From Camelus ferus (Eukaryota), in assembly GCF_009834535.1 (NCBI RefSeq), contig NC_045696.1, forward strand, positions 28,770,001 to 28,834,000: a DNA stretch of 64,000 nucleotides, read 5' to 3'. Every line of letters starts with the position of its first letter. The first letter of the stretch is position 1. Made by a program: the position numbers and the translations under genes. The notes beneath the pieces were generated by a model. It saw only the letters and a program-made list of their open reading frames with translations, had not been told where the DNA came from and did no database searches. Of the stretch, positions 1-13,689 are shown one piece after another.

Positions 1-1850
1 CTTTTTCCAATCTGAAGAAAGAATGGTGGTAAGGTACTAATTATTTTAATTAACTTAAGAATTTTAGAATAATAATTATGATTTCCTCACAGTGTATCTT
101 TATTTCAGTTTTTTAAATCAAGTGATGGCAACCTTAGGCAATGGTTACACAATTAATTGCTCATTTATTTGTCTCTCAGGGTATCCTTCAACTGTCCATA
201 TATTAACCTAAGTTATTTTTTTGTTTTGTTTAATTAAATATCAGGTTTTAATAATCTTTTACTATTCACCATCTAACTGCATGGGGAAACTGGAATTGCT
301 GACAGTCATTAATTCCTTCATCAGACTCAAAGTTAATTTTATCTGCTATTTTCTCACCAAATAATAAATATAATTAAAATCAAACATAACAATAAATATA
401 TACTCACTCTTTTATTTAGGACCAATATTTTAGAAAGACTAATGTTAAGAAATGATTTGGCTTTAATTTTAAGATTGTACTAGTTCAGAATATTAGACTG
501 CATACATATGCACCACAAAAAAAAAAATGAGCCATCATCCGTCTTTCTCTTCTAAATACCATTTTATTTTATTTTAATTTTATTTATTTTATTCTATTTT
601 ATTCTGAGTAATCACTAAAAAATTGGAATGAAACCTGTGATTTTATTTCAAAGAACAATATACTAAAATGTGGGAATGCTGAATAGAGTTCAAAACTGGA
701 TGAGCAACAGGCTTGAAAAAGGAGAGGACTGAGTATACATAAAAAATAAGCAAGGACAAAGCAATAGATTGAATTAATTAACTTCACAATAAGAAGTAAT
801 TCAGTGCTATAGAATATGCAATATACACCAAAGGACCCCCATTTTTTCTGGGTATTAGAACAATCATTCTGCAGAAGGAAAAATTATTTAAATTTCATTT
901 GGGGTGGAGGTAAGACACTTTCATTGCTAATGATTTAGAAACATTCTTAAATATAGTGAATAAATCCAAATTCCTATGACTCTCAAACAGTAAGGAAAAC
1001 ATAATTGTAATCCAGTTTGAAGACAAAAGTAAAATATAAAAGAGCCATATATTTTTATTTTAACCATATAAAGAGGTACCATAAGGAATAGAAAAATATA
1101 CTTCTGGTAGGCTAATGTCAATGAATGCTCTCTCTATATACATGTGTATACCTATACATATATAAACATCAAAATTAATTTATATATAATATATTAATTG
1201 TCAACATATGCACATATGCTAAATAAAAATGTAATATATTAATAAAATATAAATGTAATACTTAAGAATTATATATAATTCTCTACATGTGTATATATAT
1301 ATTTATATGTAGACATCAAAATGAAATATTAGATGAATTTTAAGATGATGCTCAGGAATTTCCATGGTATGGCTCTAACATAACATGTCTTCTAAGTCTC
1401 ATCTTCAATTCTGTTTTTTTCCATTTCATGATCCAATTACAATACCTTATTCAGGATTTCCTGAATTGAGAGAATTTTCACATTCATTGCTACAGATATT
1501 CATCAGCATAGAATTCCCTACACTTCTGGTCAAAAACAAAAATGTTTAAATTGTTTCTGAATGTTTTCTAAAAAAGCTGTCTTCACCTTTACCATATCAC
1601 TTATTTAATTTTTATTTTAATGGTTCAGCTTATTTGCAGTGACCATGCTTTCTTTATCCTTGTAGATTTTTTTCTGTTTTTTTAGTACTTCTCATAATGT
1701 TGTAATATAGTTACACTCCATCATCTTTAATTAATTTAAAAATATTGAACTGAAATAATATCTAGGAAAACAGAAGATGCAGTGACCTCAAGAGGATGAA
1801 ATATATTGCAGTAAGGAGAGGACAGAGTCACAACAGTGTAGAAAGTTGGG

Positions 1851-3280
1851 TTCCAATGGCATTTTTCACAGAAATAGAAAACAATCCTAAAATTCATATA
1901 GAAAGACCCAAAAATAACCAACACAATAACTGAACAGGAAGAACAAAACTGGAGATTTCACACTCTTTGATTTCAAGTTATATTACAAAGCTATAGTAAG
2001 CAAAACAATATGCTACTTGAATAAAAACTAACACATAGACCAAAGGAAGAGAATAAAGAGCCCAGAAATGACCCCAAACATAAATATCTATCTTTGACAA
2101 GAGTACCAAGAATGCAAAATGGGGAAAGGACAGTCCTTCCAATGAACAGTGTTGGTAAAACTAGATGTCCACATGCAAAAGAGTGAAATTCAAACCATAT
2201 CTGAGATCATATATGAGATCAACTGAAAATGGATTAAAGCCTTAAACATAAGAACCTAAAACCTTTAAAGTATCCAGAAGAAAACATAAGGGAAAAAACT
2301 CCTTGACATTGGTCTTGGCTATGCATTTTTGGCTATGCATTTTTGGTTTTGACAACAAAAGCACAGGCAATAAAAGTGAAAATAAACAAGCAGAATTACA
2401 GCAAGTGAAACAGTTTCTGCAAAGCAAAGGAGACCACCAACAAAATGAAAAAAATGATCTACAGAATGGGAAAAAATATTTGCAAACTGTATACCTAATA
2501 TGGGATTAACATGTAGAATATATTAAAAACTCCTATAACTCATTAGCAAAACAAAAAACCAACAAACAAAAACCACAAAAAATCACATAACCACAACAAC
2601 AACAAAACTAATTAAAAAATAGGCAAAGAACCCAGCTCACTCCTGGGTATTTAGCCAAAGAAACTGAAATCAGGATTTTGAAGAAAGATTTGGAAAGAAC
2701 CTAAAGGTCCACGGACTGATATGAATAAAGATGTTGTATATGCATATGATGAAATATTATTCAGCCTTAAAGCAGAAGGAAATTCTACCATTTTTGACAA
2801 CGTGGATGAAACTGCAGGATATTATGTCAATTGAAATAAGCCAGAAACAAACAAACAAAAATACTGTATGATTTTGTGTATATGTGGAACATAAAATGGT
2901 CAAACTCACAGGAGCAGAGAGTGCAAGAGTGATTGCCAAGAGGTGGGGAGAGTGGAAAATGGGGAGGCGACGGTCAAAGGGTACAAAGTTCCAGTTATGC
3001 AAGATAAATAAGTTCTGGGGATCTCCATCAGCATAGGATCTATAACTAACAATACTTTATTATATACTTAATATTTTCTAAGAAGGTAGATATTATATTT
3101 ATTGTTCTTACTGCAAAATAATAATAAAGAGGGTTAGAGGAAACTTTGGGAGGCCATGGATATGCCTAAGACTTTAACTGTAGTGATGATGTCACAGGTG
3201 TATATTTATCCCCAAATTCATTGAGTTACATATGTTAAATGTGTACAGCTTTTTGCATTTCAAAAGCAAAAAAATAAATA
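1851..3280 (+). mobile_element. LINE-1 (L1MA/MB-type) 5'-truncated, decayed ORF2 3' part plus 3'UTR, with internal deletions
   Basis: ORF2-type text (ccaatggcatttttcacagaaatagaaaacaatcctaaaattcatat; tatattacaaagctatagtaagcaaaaca; tttgacaagagtaccaagaat), then L1M 3'UTR text (aagggtacaaagttccagttatgcaagataaataagttctgggg; gaggaaactttgggaggccatggatatg) and an A-rich end near 3270. Confidence 0.92.
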
Positions 3281-4854
3281 AATGAATTAATTCCATTAAT
3301 TAAAAGTCCTAATTTAATACAGTAACTTTATTAGGGCTTTGTGTGAGTTGTATTTAAAGAGGTTAGAAAAAAATGATTTCAAGTTTTCTGAAAGATAGAT
3401 GAAACACAACTTTTTTTTCAAAATTTACTATTCCTGGGCACACTCCATTTATCTCAATTTGCTCTAATACAGCTGAGGCTCAGTGTAGAATACATAATAA
3501 TCACATGTCCTTAAATCTGACTGCTATACTCATTTTGTGATTAATGGGAGGATGTATCACAGCTGTGGAGATGTAAGTGCAGGATTATTTGAAAAGGATA
3601 TGCCTCATTATTACAAAAAAGGAGGAACAGAAAGTTTCAAAAGTCTTCTTGTAATATGTAATTCGTTGGCATTGATGTTAGATTAGAGAATACCTACGAG
3701 ACTTGTTTTTACCTATATGTTAAAATTGCAATGCTTTTCAAGTATTCTTGCAAAGTGATTGGTCTTAAATACCCTTTGCACAGCTAACAGTACTCACTAA
3801 CCACATACTTCTAGTTCTGGGCCCTGAAGGTCATGTTCATCATTGTTCTGTATCTGTACGACCTTGTACCTTCTTTTCATGACAGCCAGGGAGTTGGAAC
3901 AGCAGTTGCTAGGAGAATTTCTGCAAGTCATTCTTATTCTTGGCAGTTTAGCAATAACCTAACTTAAACAGGAGAGACTGAACCACCTAAACATATGACA
4001 CAAAATTCAAATGATACGAATCCTCAACTTCAGCAGTAGCCTCTCCAATACTGCATGGAATTACAGAACATGTGACAGAGGGGAAATCAGAGTATGAAGA
4101 AGCAGTCTTAACTGACTGCAATTATCATCTTTCCATTGCAAAATTTTACTAAAATATATAAGCATGAGGGTACATTGCTGGAATGCCTTCCTGGGCCTAG
4201 AAAGGGGCCATCATGAGTGCCATAGTAAATGTTCCTCTGAGCCCCAGGGGAACACAGCTGCACTATGAAGCAAACAGGAATAAACCCCATGGAAAAAAAG
4301 ACAGCTGAAAGAGGCAAAGCTGGGCTTTAAAAAGGCAGCTTTAAGAAACTCTGAGCCAATGACTCTGGGAAGCAGAGTCTGAGCATAAGAACCATGGTTT
4401 AGGCATTTCAATTTGTGCTCCTTTGCAAAATCACTTGGGTGACTGTGACATCGGAATTAGCGGCAATCACTTCATTTTATAGATATTTATTGAGTGCCCA
4501 TTATGTTCAATGCACTGGCTATTTTCCTCAGTCTACATAGCAGGTTAGGATAATGAGATTACACATTACTTAGATTATAAAAACAAGGGCCTATGTTATA
4601 TGAGCAATTAAACATAAATCAGGTATGACAGAGTTGATATAATGGAGGACATTATTTTATCTACTTGAGGGGATCAATTTTCAAGTAGTCTATAAACTTT
4701 GAGGGGTCTTGAAGTTAATAGGTTTAAGAAGAAAATCCAATAAGGATAAGAGAAGCCGACAAGAGTAAATTTGTGTTGGAAGTTGAAGTTCACAGGGATA
4801 TAGACAGCCTAGCATGCAAGCTCTTTGACAATCTCTGAGCAAACATTCCTTCTG

Positions 4855-5727
4855 CCGACTTCCAGCCACATTGGGATCTCCCAAACCTACAGCCCACCGT
4901 CTCACTCCTGAATTTTCCACCTTCTGTTCTACATGCCAGGAGCACCTCTGTCCGTTCACCTCTGCCTGGGTACTTCCTATTCATGCCTCATAATCCATCT
5001 CAGCATTGCTCTACTGTAAACTCCTTCTGCTGTCTCCGTAACATAATAAACTACTCTTTCCTATGTATTTTCACAGCATTTTCCATATCACATTTTATTA
5101 TGGTGATTTTGTGTCTAATTCTGCCTGCTAAGAACGAAAAATACTGCAAGCCATATCAGTAAACAAAGAATGCTGAAACCATCAAGTTATCAGCCGCTGC
5201 CTCCACCCCCAGTGAAGACAAGCCTGCAGCCCAGCCTCTGCAGCCACTCACAATGGTACACCCTGAGGGGACTCAGAATAAGAAAGGACAGGATACTGGC
5301 CCATGATAGCTAGGTGCTTGTCAAAGGAATGCATTCAGTGGGCCCAAATGTTTGCTTCCTCCCATACATAGAAAAACGCTATATTCTTTAACTTGAGATG
5401 CCTGGTTTTCTTTAGTTAAAAAGTAATTTTTAATGTTTCAACTACCTGGTCTTTGTTGGAAAAATCCTATGTATCCTAGCTCCTCCCCTACCTCTTCGGA
5501 GCAGTCCCTGAGAGCGACCTGAGAGGCTGTCATTCAGGGCTGAGTCCTCAGAAATGCCCACCGAATAAAACATAACTTTCAACTTTTAGGCTGTGCGATT
5601 ATTTCAGGCGACACTGCTAAGCTGAAGTCACTGAGGTTTGGGATGATGATTAACTTTGTAACCTCTGTGTGCTTAGCATAGTGCTTTAAGTTCAGAGGTT
5701 CTTGATAAAGATTTACTGAATGAATGC
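4855..5727 (+). mobile_element. LINE-2 3' fragment, interrupted by a solo LTR at 5126-5613
   Basis: Pyrimidine-rich L2-like body, then after the LTR the L2 terminus cttagcatagtgct...gataaagatttactgaatgaatg. Confidence 0.75.
5126..5613 (+). mobile_element. Solo ERV1-class LTR (cetartiodactyl type)
   Basis: TG...CA ends (tgctaagaacg...ggcgaca), AATAAA at 5564-5569 followed by acataactttcaacttttaggctgtg, flanked by ctgcc/ctgct; L2 sequence resumes on both sides. Confidence 0.85.
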
Positions 5728-7309
5728 AGGAAGAGAACTTTAAGATATGCAATGGCTCTGCCAACTTCCCTTATGGCTCTTCTTTCCACGCTGCCGTATT
5801 CCTGAGAAAAATTGCAGCAATTCATTCTACTTTACACTGGTAAAAATAAACAAAAAAATACAAACTTACTAAAAACAAAGAAACAAATACTGAGGTGAGT
5901 TTTATGCATACGTATAGCTACGTACAGATACATGTATACATATGCATAATATATACATATTTTACATAAATATTTAAAGGCCTAAAGAAAATATGCATTA
6001 AGAACACATTTCTGATAAACTAAGAGAATCAAAATGTATAAATTTGTTGATTTTGCTAAATATTACAAATTCCCTGCCTCATCCCTATTCATCGATTTGC
6101 ATTTTTATTACCATTATAAAAAGAATAGGAAAGTCAACGGTGAGTTTTAATTCAGTCTACCTAAATATACATGTTGATTGCTTTCCTTTCCAAGGTCTAT
6201 AATGATCTAAGGGGGTTAAAAAGTTGATTGCTGACTTACGATCATCTGTACTAAATGATGCATTGATAAGTTTAAATAAGGATAATAAAACAAACTATGC
6301 TGAATTCTACGCCCCCCACCAAAAAGAGAGAAAATCTTCCATTTTACTGGAGAAACTAGCCCTCAATGTGCCAACTCTTATAAAAGTGAGTGCAAAGTAG
6401 AAAATATAATTTAAGTATCAACTACAGAATATAGAGGTACTTCTCTTGAAAATTGGAAAAGACAAAGCACTTTAAAAAAATTTTTTTTTTAATCTGTGCA
6501 AGAAACAACAGAAGATTACTTAGTGGGCAGAAGGAAGGCTTTTTAGATATCCAGCCGGCTGGTGTTGGATTTCTTAATACTATTACATGTCTTTCTTCTT
6601 GCTAATTCAAATTCAACTTTACAACTTCATATTATAATAATAATGTAATAGAACATGCCTTATAACTAATACTTGGATTATCTAAATATTACAGTTACTA
6701 TTGCAAGTATAAATTTTTAGAACAATAACTCAAATATTCACAGAAACTTTTTACATTTACTAAATAAGAAACAACATTAATTTTGTGAAACAATTCTGTT
6801 CTCACATTGTTCTTGCCATATCTGGAAACTTAACAGCTTTATTTCTAACACTTGCCTCCATTTTTACTTGTAACTGGGGGATGTCACATTATTTATCCTA
6901 AATCTCTTCATTGAAGACTTGCTTCCCACCTGAGTAATCTGTGTTGCTTTTACAGCTTCTGTTGCCCTTGGGAAAAAATGTCAAGTCCTCTGACAGCCAT
7001 AATTACTCACCTCCACATACTAGGAGCTGTAGCTTTTCCAGGGCACTGCCCAGGCCCACAGTGTGCCAGAGCAGGGCAATGGAGAGGCAAGGTCCTGTTT
7101 CCCACTCTTTCATCAGCACTGAAATCAGCAATGCTTGTGCCTTTGGTTTCAAATGTATTCATTTTAGATTCACAAGTTCACTCCTTCAACCAGTTGCCAT
7201 TCTTGAAACCTCTATGATGTAGCTCAAAAAATGTCTCTGAACAAAAACCTGCAGAAATATCATGCCCTTCACTGATCTTGTCTCCTCTTTCTTCTTAGTC
7301 TTTGGTATA

Positions 7310-7310
<1 letters not shown>

Positions 7311-7354
<44 letters not shown>
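7311..7354. repeat. (AC)22 microsatellite
   Basis: Perfect AC dinucleotide run read directly. Confidence 0.99.
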
Positions 7355-7359
<5 letters not shown>

Positions 7360-7694
7360 GTTTCAAGCAGATAAAAAATTAACAGCTAAAAACACTTAAA
7401 AAAATCTTAGCTTCTTTTTTCAATCCAAACAAAAATCTTTTTGCTTGCCACATGCAGGTACTACTTGGAACACAGGTAAATACTACTTGGAAAATTTCCC
7501 TATCCCCCAATTCAGTAAAGCTAGACCTCAAATATAACTAACTACATATTTCTCTTGTTGTATACTGAGCACCAAAAGCCAAAACTCTATCAGAATTTAT
7601 AATGATTGTTATTTTATTTGTAATATTATTGAGCTATTTTTAGATAAGTCAGCAAAAAACTTTTGAAGTGAGGGGATAATTCCAAGAGATAAGA

Positions 7695-7810
7695 AATTCA
7701 AACCTCACTCATGTCCATACTTCTAACATAGGATTTGTTAAAGGACTAAGTGAGTTAATATTCACAAAGTGTCCATAACAGTGTCTGGCCAGAATAGGTG
7801 TCATGTGTAT
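7695..7810 (+). mobile_element. MIR SINE 3' fragment
   Basis: ataggatttgttaaaggactaagtgagttaatattcacaaagtgtccataacagtgtctggc resembles the MIR core/tail. Confidence 0.7.
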
Positions 7811-8294
7811 GACAGACACAGCAGTTAAGTCTGATTTGTGTTGGGAGAAATGTGCCTGGAGGGAAATACATTTAAAAAAAGAAAACCAAAACAAACCATT
7901 ACAGTCCCTGGCCTGATTTTATTTCTAGCTGTTCTTTAATATCAGTCTTCCTGTCTAAGGTCTTCGAACTTGCTCTGTCAGATTCCCTCCCATAGTTCAG
8001 ATTCAGGCTTACAATGGATGCATCATGACAATATTTAGAATATTTTTTAGGTACGTACAGTCACCTAATTGCTTTCATTTCCTCATCTTCTTATTCCAGT
8101 TATGACATTGTTGCCTCTGGGGTTTTTTGTAATTCTAATCTCAGGTATCAGATGACAACCATTTGTTGCTGTCTTTCTGTTTGTTTTTTGTTTTTCAAAA
8201 TACCCCACTTCCTCTCCAGCCTCTGATTTCAAGGAGGTGATCTGAGTTATATCCAAAGATTTTTAAGTAAACTTATACTTAAAAAAACTTGTAA

Positions 8295-8400
8295 AAGTTT
8301 AAGTTTTTACAGTGGTTGCACTAGTTTACAATTCCACAAGCAATGTAAGAGAGTTCCAGTTTATTTGCATCTTCTACAAATTAATTTCATATTTTTAATT
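8295..8400 (-). mobile_element. Old L1 ORF2 C-terminal fragment
   Basis: cagtggttgcactagtttacaattccacaagcaatgtaagagagttccagtt is the antisense of the L1 Cys-rich region. Confidence 0.7.
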
Positions 8401-10589
8401 TTCTTTTAAATCACACTACTATATGATATCCATCATTTCTGAGAGTTTGTAGCAAATGTGGAACCTCAAAGTATAAACTTGAACAAAAGTCAAGTCTAGA
8501 GAAATGCAGGTTGCAAAGAGTTATTTTTATATTGAATAATGTTTTGCTAATAAACTGTACAGTTTCTCCCAATCCTTCTTTTGAATATGTTGTGCCATAA
8601 CTGAAAAACAATACTAAATCATAATGTTTCTTTTCTTCATGAAAATATTTTTAAATCTGAGAAATTCCTATTTTTTTATTCAAAGACAAGTTCATTTTTC
8701 AAATTGGATGATCAGAATTCTGAGTGATAGATACTTGCATAAATATTCAATAATATCATACCAAAGATTTATATACTCATATATAAGAACTGTGCAGAAA
8801 TTAACTCAACTTTTTGCATGATGAGGACTCAAAAATGGTGTAGTTTTGCATATTATGTAAATGAAAAATACAAATAAATAAACCTAATACTGAAAATGCC
8901 TTTGCAAATATTTAATTAACTCAAACACTTGAAAAAGTTCATGAACAACTTACATAGTTTTTTTCAATTGACTTGTAAACATTTCTGGTATTTTCTACTG
9001 AAAATTCTTATTTCTTCAAACTACATCTTGACATAATGCATTGGGGTTTTGTTGCTTTAAATGTAATTTAAACAGCCATACACAAATACAAATGTCAACA
9101 TACACTTCTGATGTTTTTTCATTTCCTCTCACAGGAAGCTACACTAAAAAGAGCCATGAGAAATCCAAATCATTCCCTGCTGGGGTTTAAGAATGAAGTA
9201 ATAATCGTATCACATGCACAGAACTATTATATAGTGGATCCCACCAAGCTATCTGCAAACCCGCAACTAAAGTTACTGAAGTTGTCCAGGGATAGTGGAG
9301 TCAGTATGAATGATCTTAAAGTTATCGCCAACACAACGTGTTTAACAGGTCTCAAAAGCCTGATAAACTCATCACCTGGACTTTCCGTTTAGTTTAGAAG
9401 TAACAGTGTTTTCCTGAGTCAAAAAGGAATTCCCTCAGCATGATTTCAAGGGATATTATGGTTTTTATGAGCATGAGTGCACAATGGGATTCAGGAACCA
9501 CACAGTATTCTGCGCATACGACCTCATATGCATGAAAAGAAAATTAACTATACTAGATACAGTTATATCAAGCCAATTATTTCCTAAAGCAATGATTTCA
9601 TTTGTAAAGGAACATGAGAAAAGGGAGAGTAGTAAGAATATTCTGTGAAAAAATCTAATAAGAAAAAGGCCACTACATCAGCCGTGATGAAAATAACCAC
9701 CATTTCATTTGCAGTCAAATGATACAGAGAAATATATTAGTAAACTTTTCTTCCCAAATACTCATTGGTAATTTTCCTTATTGTGTTTTGGCTGATTTAA
9801 GCCCCTGCTGGTCATTCAGTTTGATCTATGAGAATAACTTTTTTATGTATATACAGCCAACATCGTAGGGTGTCGTTTCCTTCATGCCCATGAAAATGTT
9901 AGAAGGATGATATATTTACTTCTATTAGTTCCAAAAGAAAACCTAACCAACCAAAGAAAAGAAATAACCTCTCACATAGTCTGGACTACAACTTAACAAC
10001 AAAACAAAATTAAAGCAGTGTTTTAATACTGAGTGGCCATATTGAATTCATGAATGTCCAAAGTCACATTTTCATTGAAAATATAAACACACATACCAGT
10101 TGTTTTCTTACATTTGGGAAAAGTGCCAGGCCAACAATACATAATCAGCACATTTAAAAGATTTAGATCTCTTCCCTCTGGCAACCAGTTTTATATTTAC
10201 TACAGATGTTAGGTCCAATTCTCCTGCAGCGTGAAAGGAATATTAGTTCGTCTACAACTTGTCCTTGTGTGAAATGGCAGAAAGCTTTACTCTTTAAATA
10301 TGTGTAGCTTATATATAGAATATAATGTGTACACCATAAAAAGTGAAGCTGAAGTCCAGAGTTACAAGACCAGATATAAATGAAAAGATTTAGCTTGTGA
10401 CATTGTGTAGTCTAAATGTGTTTAGTTTACAAGTGGCCATGGAAGCCTATAATTTTTGAGCACTACTCAAGGGTTAAAACACATCCAGTTGTGAAATTTT
10501 TGAAAGTAAGACCAGTTAAGGGGGAATAAGAATGCCACAATGTTAGATTCATAAAAAATATTCTTATGTTTTATACATGGAGCTCTATT

Positions 10590-11126
10590 TGTCAAGCAGG
10601 GTAGGACCCCAGTTGTCCATCTCCGGGGAAGACTCTGAACACATCTCCCTATTGCACCTGTGGTTTGGAATCACCAAGGGAAACACAACACAGTTGAGTA
10701 GTTAACTTTCCACTGAATGGAAAGATGAAAAGATGTTTTGCTTACATTTAGAAGAGACAGAGCAGGATCAGCTTCAGTAGCGTGTGGGGCTGCCCCATGG
10801 CCAGCGAGTCTCTCACAGAAAACGTTTCAGGGCAATTTGCCTACCCACAGCCCTCCTGTTCAGCAGTGGAACCCAGTCCACGCCCAGTGGAGGACAGATG
10901 TAACACTGGGGTTGGCCAGGTGCTGTATGATACACACGCTTCAGAGGCAAAAGAGCATTCACTGACCCCGAAAAAGGGAAAGATATTTCCACACAAGGTA
11001 GTGAACCCAGCACGGGCTGTGTGGGCTCTTTATCTCTTGCTAAGGAAATGTTCCAGGCCCAAGGTCCATTCATATGTGACTAAATGGGGGCTGGGAAACT
11101 GCATTCAAGAGACTGCCTTTTCAAAT
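10590..11126 (-). mobile_element. Solo ERVL-class LTR (MER54/MER73/MER74-like group)
   Basis: GC-richer ~540 bp block starting tgtcaagc and ending gagactgccttttcaaat; shares agaagagacagagca(g/a)gatcagcttca and gccaggtgct(g/a)t(a/g)tgat with the LTR at 55011-55564; tatt on both flanks. Confidence 0.8.
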
Positions 11127-11229
11127 TTATTTTGTGTTAAAAATTTCACAGATATCCACATCATTTCAACTGTCATTATATTAAATGATTTCTAGTTTCC
11201 TATTTCTCTGGCAGAACTAGTGCATAAAA

Positions 11230-12340
11230 CTGTCTGGATTTGCTATTATTTGCATAAGCAGGAGTAGATTTAAAAATCAGCTGATTCAACTACCTTAAAA
11301 GTTTAGGATATTTTTGTTTCCTGTCTACATTTTTCTTAAAAAAATCTGTTTCATGATTTTTCAAGTTATTGGCAAAAGATTCCCATTTATTTGCGTTTAT
11401 TAGAGTCTCTGCTATATCTCCAATCATATTCACTTTTCATTCTCAATATATCATTTTCCCTTCTCTACTGTATTACTGAGAAATCCATTTAGAATTTGAT
11501 TTCTTTTAATATTCATCAAAGATTTATCTCTGAACATAGATGCCTTATTTGGAGTATTTTGTTTCATTAATCTTTGTTCTTATTTTTATTAAATTCTTTT
11601 CTCTAAATAATTGGAGCTGGTTATGTAGCTTTTTGAAAAACATTTTTTTAATTAGAAATGTCCTTTCCTAGATTAGTATCTGAGGTCTTGTATTTCCCTA
11701 TAAGTACCTATTGACCTGTAACTCACAAATGAACAATACAGCATTTTCATTATTGTTCAGTTCTAAGTCTGTTCTAATTTGCATCATGATTTCATCTTTG
11801 CTTATAAATATTTTAATCATGATTTCTGCTTTTAAATTTTTATAAAAATAATATTTGGTAAAATTTATCTTATAAGTGATTTATAAATTATTACATTACA
11901 GCTGGAGATTATGGTCTGTACATATAATTCATTTATGCTTGCTAAGAATAACTTTATAGCTTTGCACATGGTCATTTTTGGTAAATATTTCATACATGCT
12001 TGAGGATAAAATGTATTTTGTATTTGTTAGATGTAAGTTTACATATATCTATGAAGTTAGGTGCTTTTCTCTGTACTCTTACTCATTTTTCCAGTTTTGT
12101 AGATCAAGCCTTTTATATTTATAACAGTTATTTTTAAATTTACTTGAATCAACTAATGAAGATGTGTTAAAATCTTTTACTATAGTTCTGTATTTAAACA
12201 TAACATTCGAATTCCATCAGTTTTTCATACATTTTGAATATATGCTGTACATATAATTCATATGAGATTACCTTACTTTATAATTTTCTGGTGAAATTAC
12301 ACAGCTTCAACTATGACATCAAGTCTATTTTGTTTAACAT
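11230..12340 (-). mobile_element. Old L1 (L1ME-type) ORF2 endonuclease-region fragments
   Basis: T-rich decayed antisense L1 text (catggtcatttttggtaaatatttcatacatgcttgaggataaaatgtatt; gatgtgttaaaatcttttactatag). Confidence 0.7.
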
Positions 12341-12650
12341 TTCAGTTATACCTTGTGTAAAAAATCATCCCCAAACTTAGTGGCTTAAAACATTTATTTT
12401 GAGCACTGACCTTCAAATTGAGTAGTTTTCAGTGGGAAGAGATCATCTCTGCTCCACCTGAGTGGCTGGAAGCTTGGGGTCTGGAATCACCTGAAAGCTT
12501 CTTCATTCACATTTCTGGTGGCTGATGATGGCTGTCAGTTGACATATTAGCTTTTGGTGGAATCACCTACTCACAAGCCTCTCCTTGTGGCTTGGCTTCC
12601 TTACATAACAGTGGGTCCAAGAGCAAACATCCTGATAGAGAGAGGGTGCT
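12341..12650 (-). mobile_element. MaLR MLT1-type LTR fragment
   Basis: ccccaaacttagtggcttaaaacatttattt; ctggaatcacctgaaagcttcttcattcacatttctggtggctgatgatggctgtcag; gcctctccttgtggcttggcttcc. Confidence 0.85.
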
Positions 12651-13689
12651 ATTTGCAAACTATTTCACTTTTCAATTTTCAGGTTCCCAGGCCAGAAGGT
12701 GAGTTTTTTCCCCAAGGACTCCCATTGCACCTGTGTACATCATCCAGCAGAGACAAGAATACACTTGAATTGCACCTCATCTCCCTTCCTTCACACAAGC
12801 ACATACTTCTAACCAGGGTCAGTCTGCTTCTCTTCACTCCCAAGCTCTTTCAGGTAGTTGCTTTTTGTATCCAGGCTTTATAGTTTATTTTGCAGGGAGT
12901 GTCATCTGGTAGTGGTTATATTATTACGCTGAGAGGCAAAAGCTACAAATCCTATAATAAGTATGTGTTACAAGCATAGGTGGCCGATGGGATTTGTTTA
13001 TAACTTCTGGATCATCAAGGAGCATCTGTGAGAATTCTTTGAGAGGTGGGTTGCAGGTTGTATTTACTTCTTTTAGACATTCTAGGACACTCTTAACCAA
13101 GGAAAACTTTTTGCTATATTCTCAGTTTGTAACTTACTAGCTTCTGAAAATAATGTAAATTTAAATCCCCAAACAGTACATGGATAAGCCTCAATTATTT
13201 ATTTTCAGGGGAGACTCTGCTTTCAGCTTAGAGCCCATACAAAGACAGACAAACTTCTTGGTCATGTACTTCTGCTGATTTCTATTTTTAATTCCATTTC
13301 TTCACTGAGGATTAGGCCTTCTAAGGCCTCTGCATTAGATAGTGTATCATTTTTAGCTTCCTCCATGGCAGTATCGCCTGCTGTTTTGGGCCCTTAAAAA
13401 TCTCACCCTCTTGTTTCCTGCTATTAGCAAGTCTCCAGGAAAGCAATACCTTCATCATTAGCTTACCACTCTAATTATTTGGCTCATTTTAATTCTTTGA
13501 TCCCAAGTACTTTTCCTATTCTTTCATGATCTAAGGTGTTCATGTAATAGAATGTCATATTATATGTTCTAACATTTCCAGATATGTGCTCAGGATACAT
13601 CATTTTGCCTATTGCTAAAAACAAAATTGTGGCATTGGTTTACAAAACATTTCCAAAATATTTTATTGTACAAAACAAGGAGCTGCCTC

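Noticed and set aside
1125..1325. AT-rich palindrome (agaattatatataattct, 1265-1282) and degenerate repeats
   Set aside because: Low-complexity TA-rich DNA generates such symmetry trivially
2315..2346. 14-bp tandem duplication ttggctatgcattt in L1
   Set aside because: Ordinary slippage event in a dead element
10782..11195. 137-aa ORF
   Set aside because: Lies mostly within a solo LTR; openness is explained by higher GC; no recognisable domain
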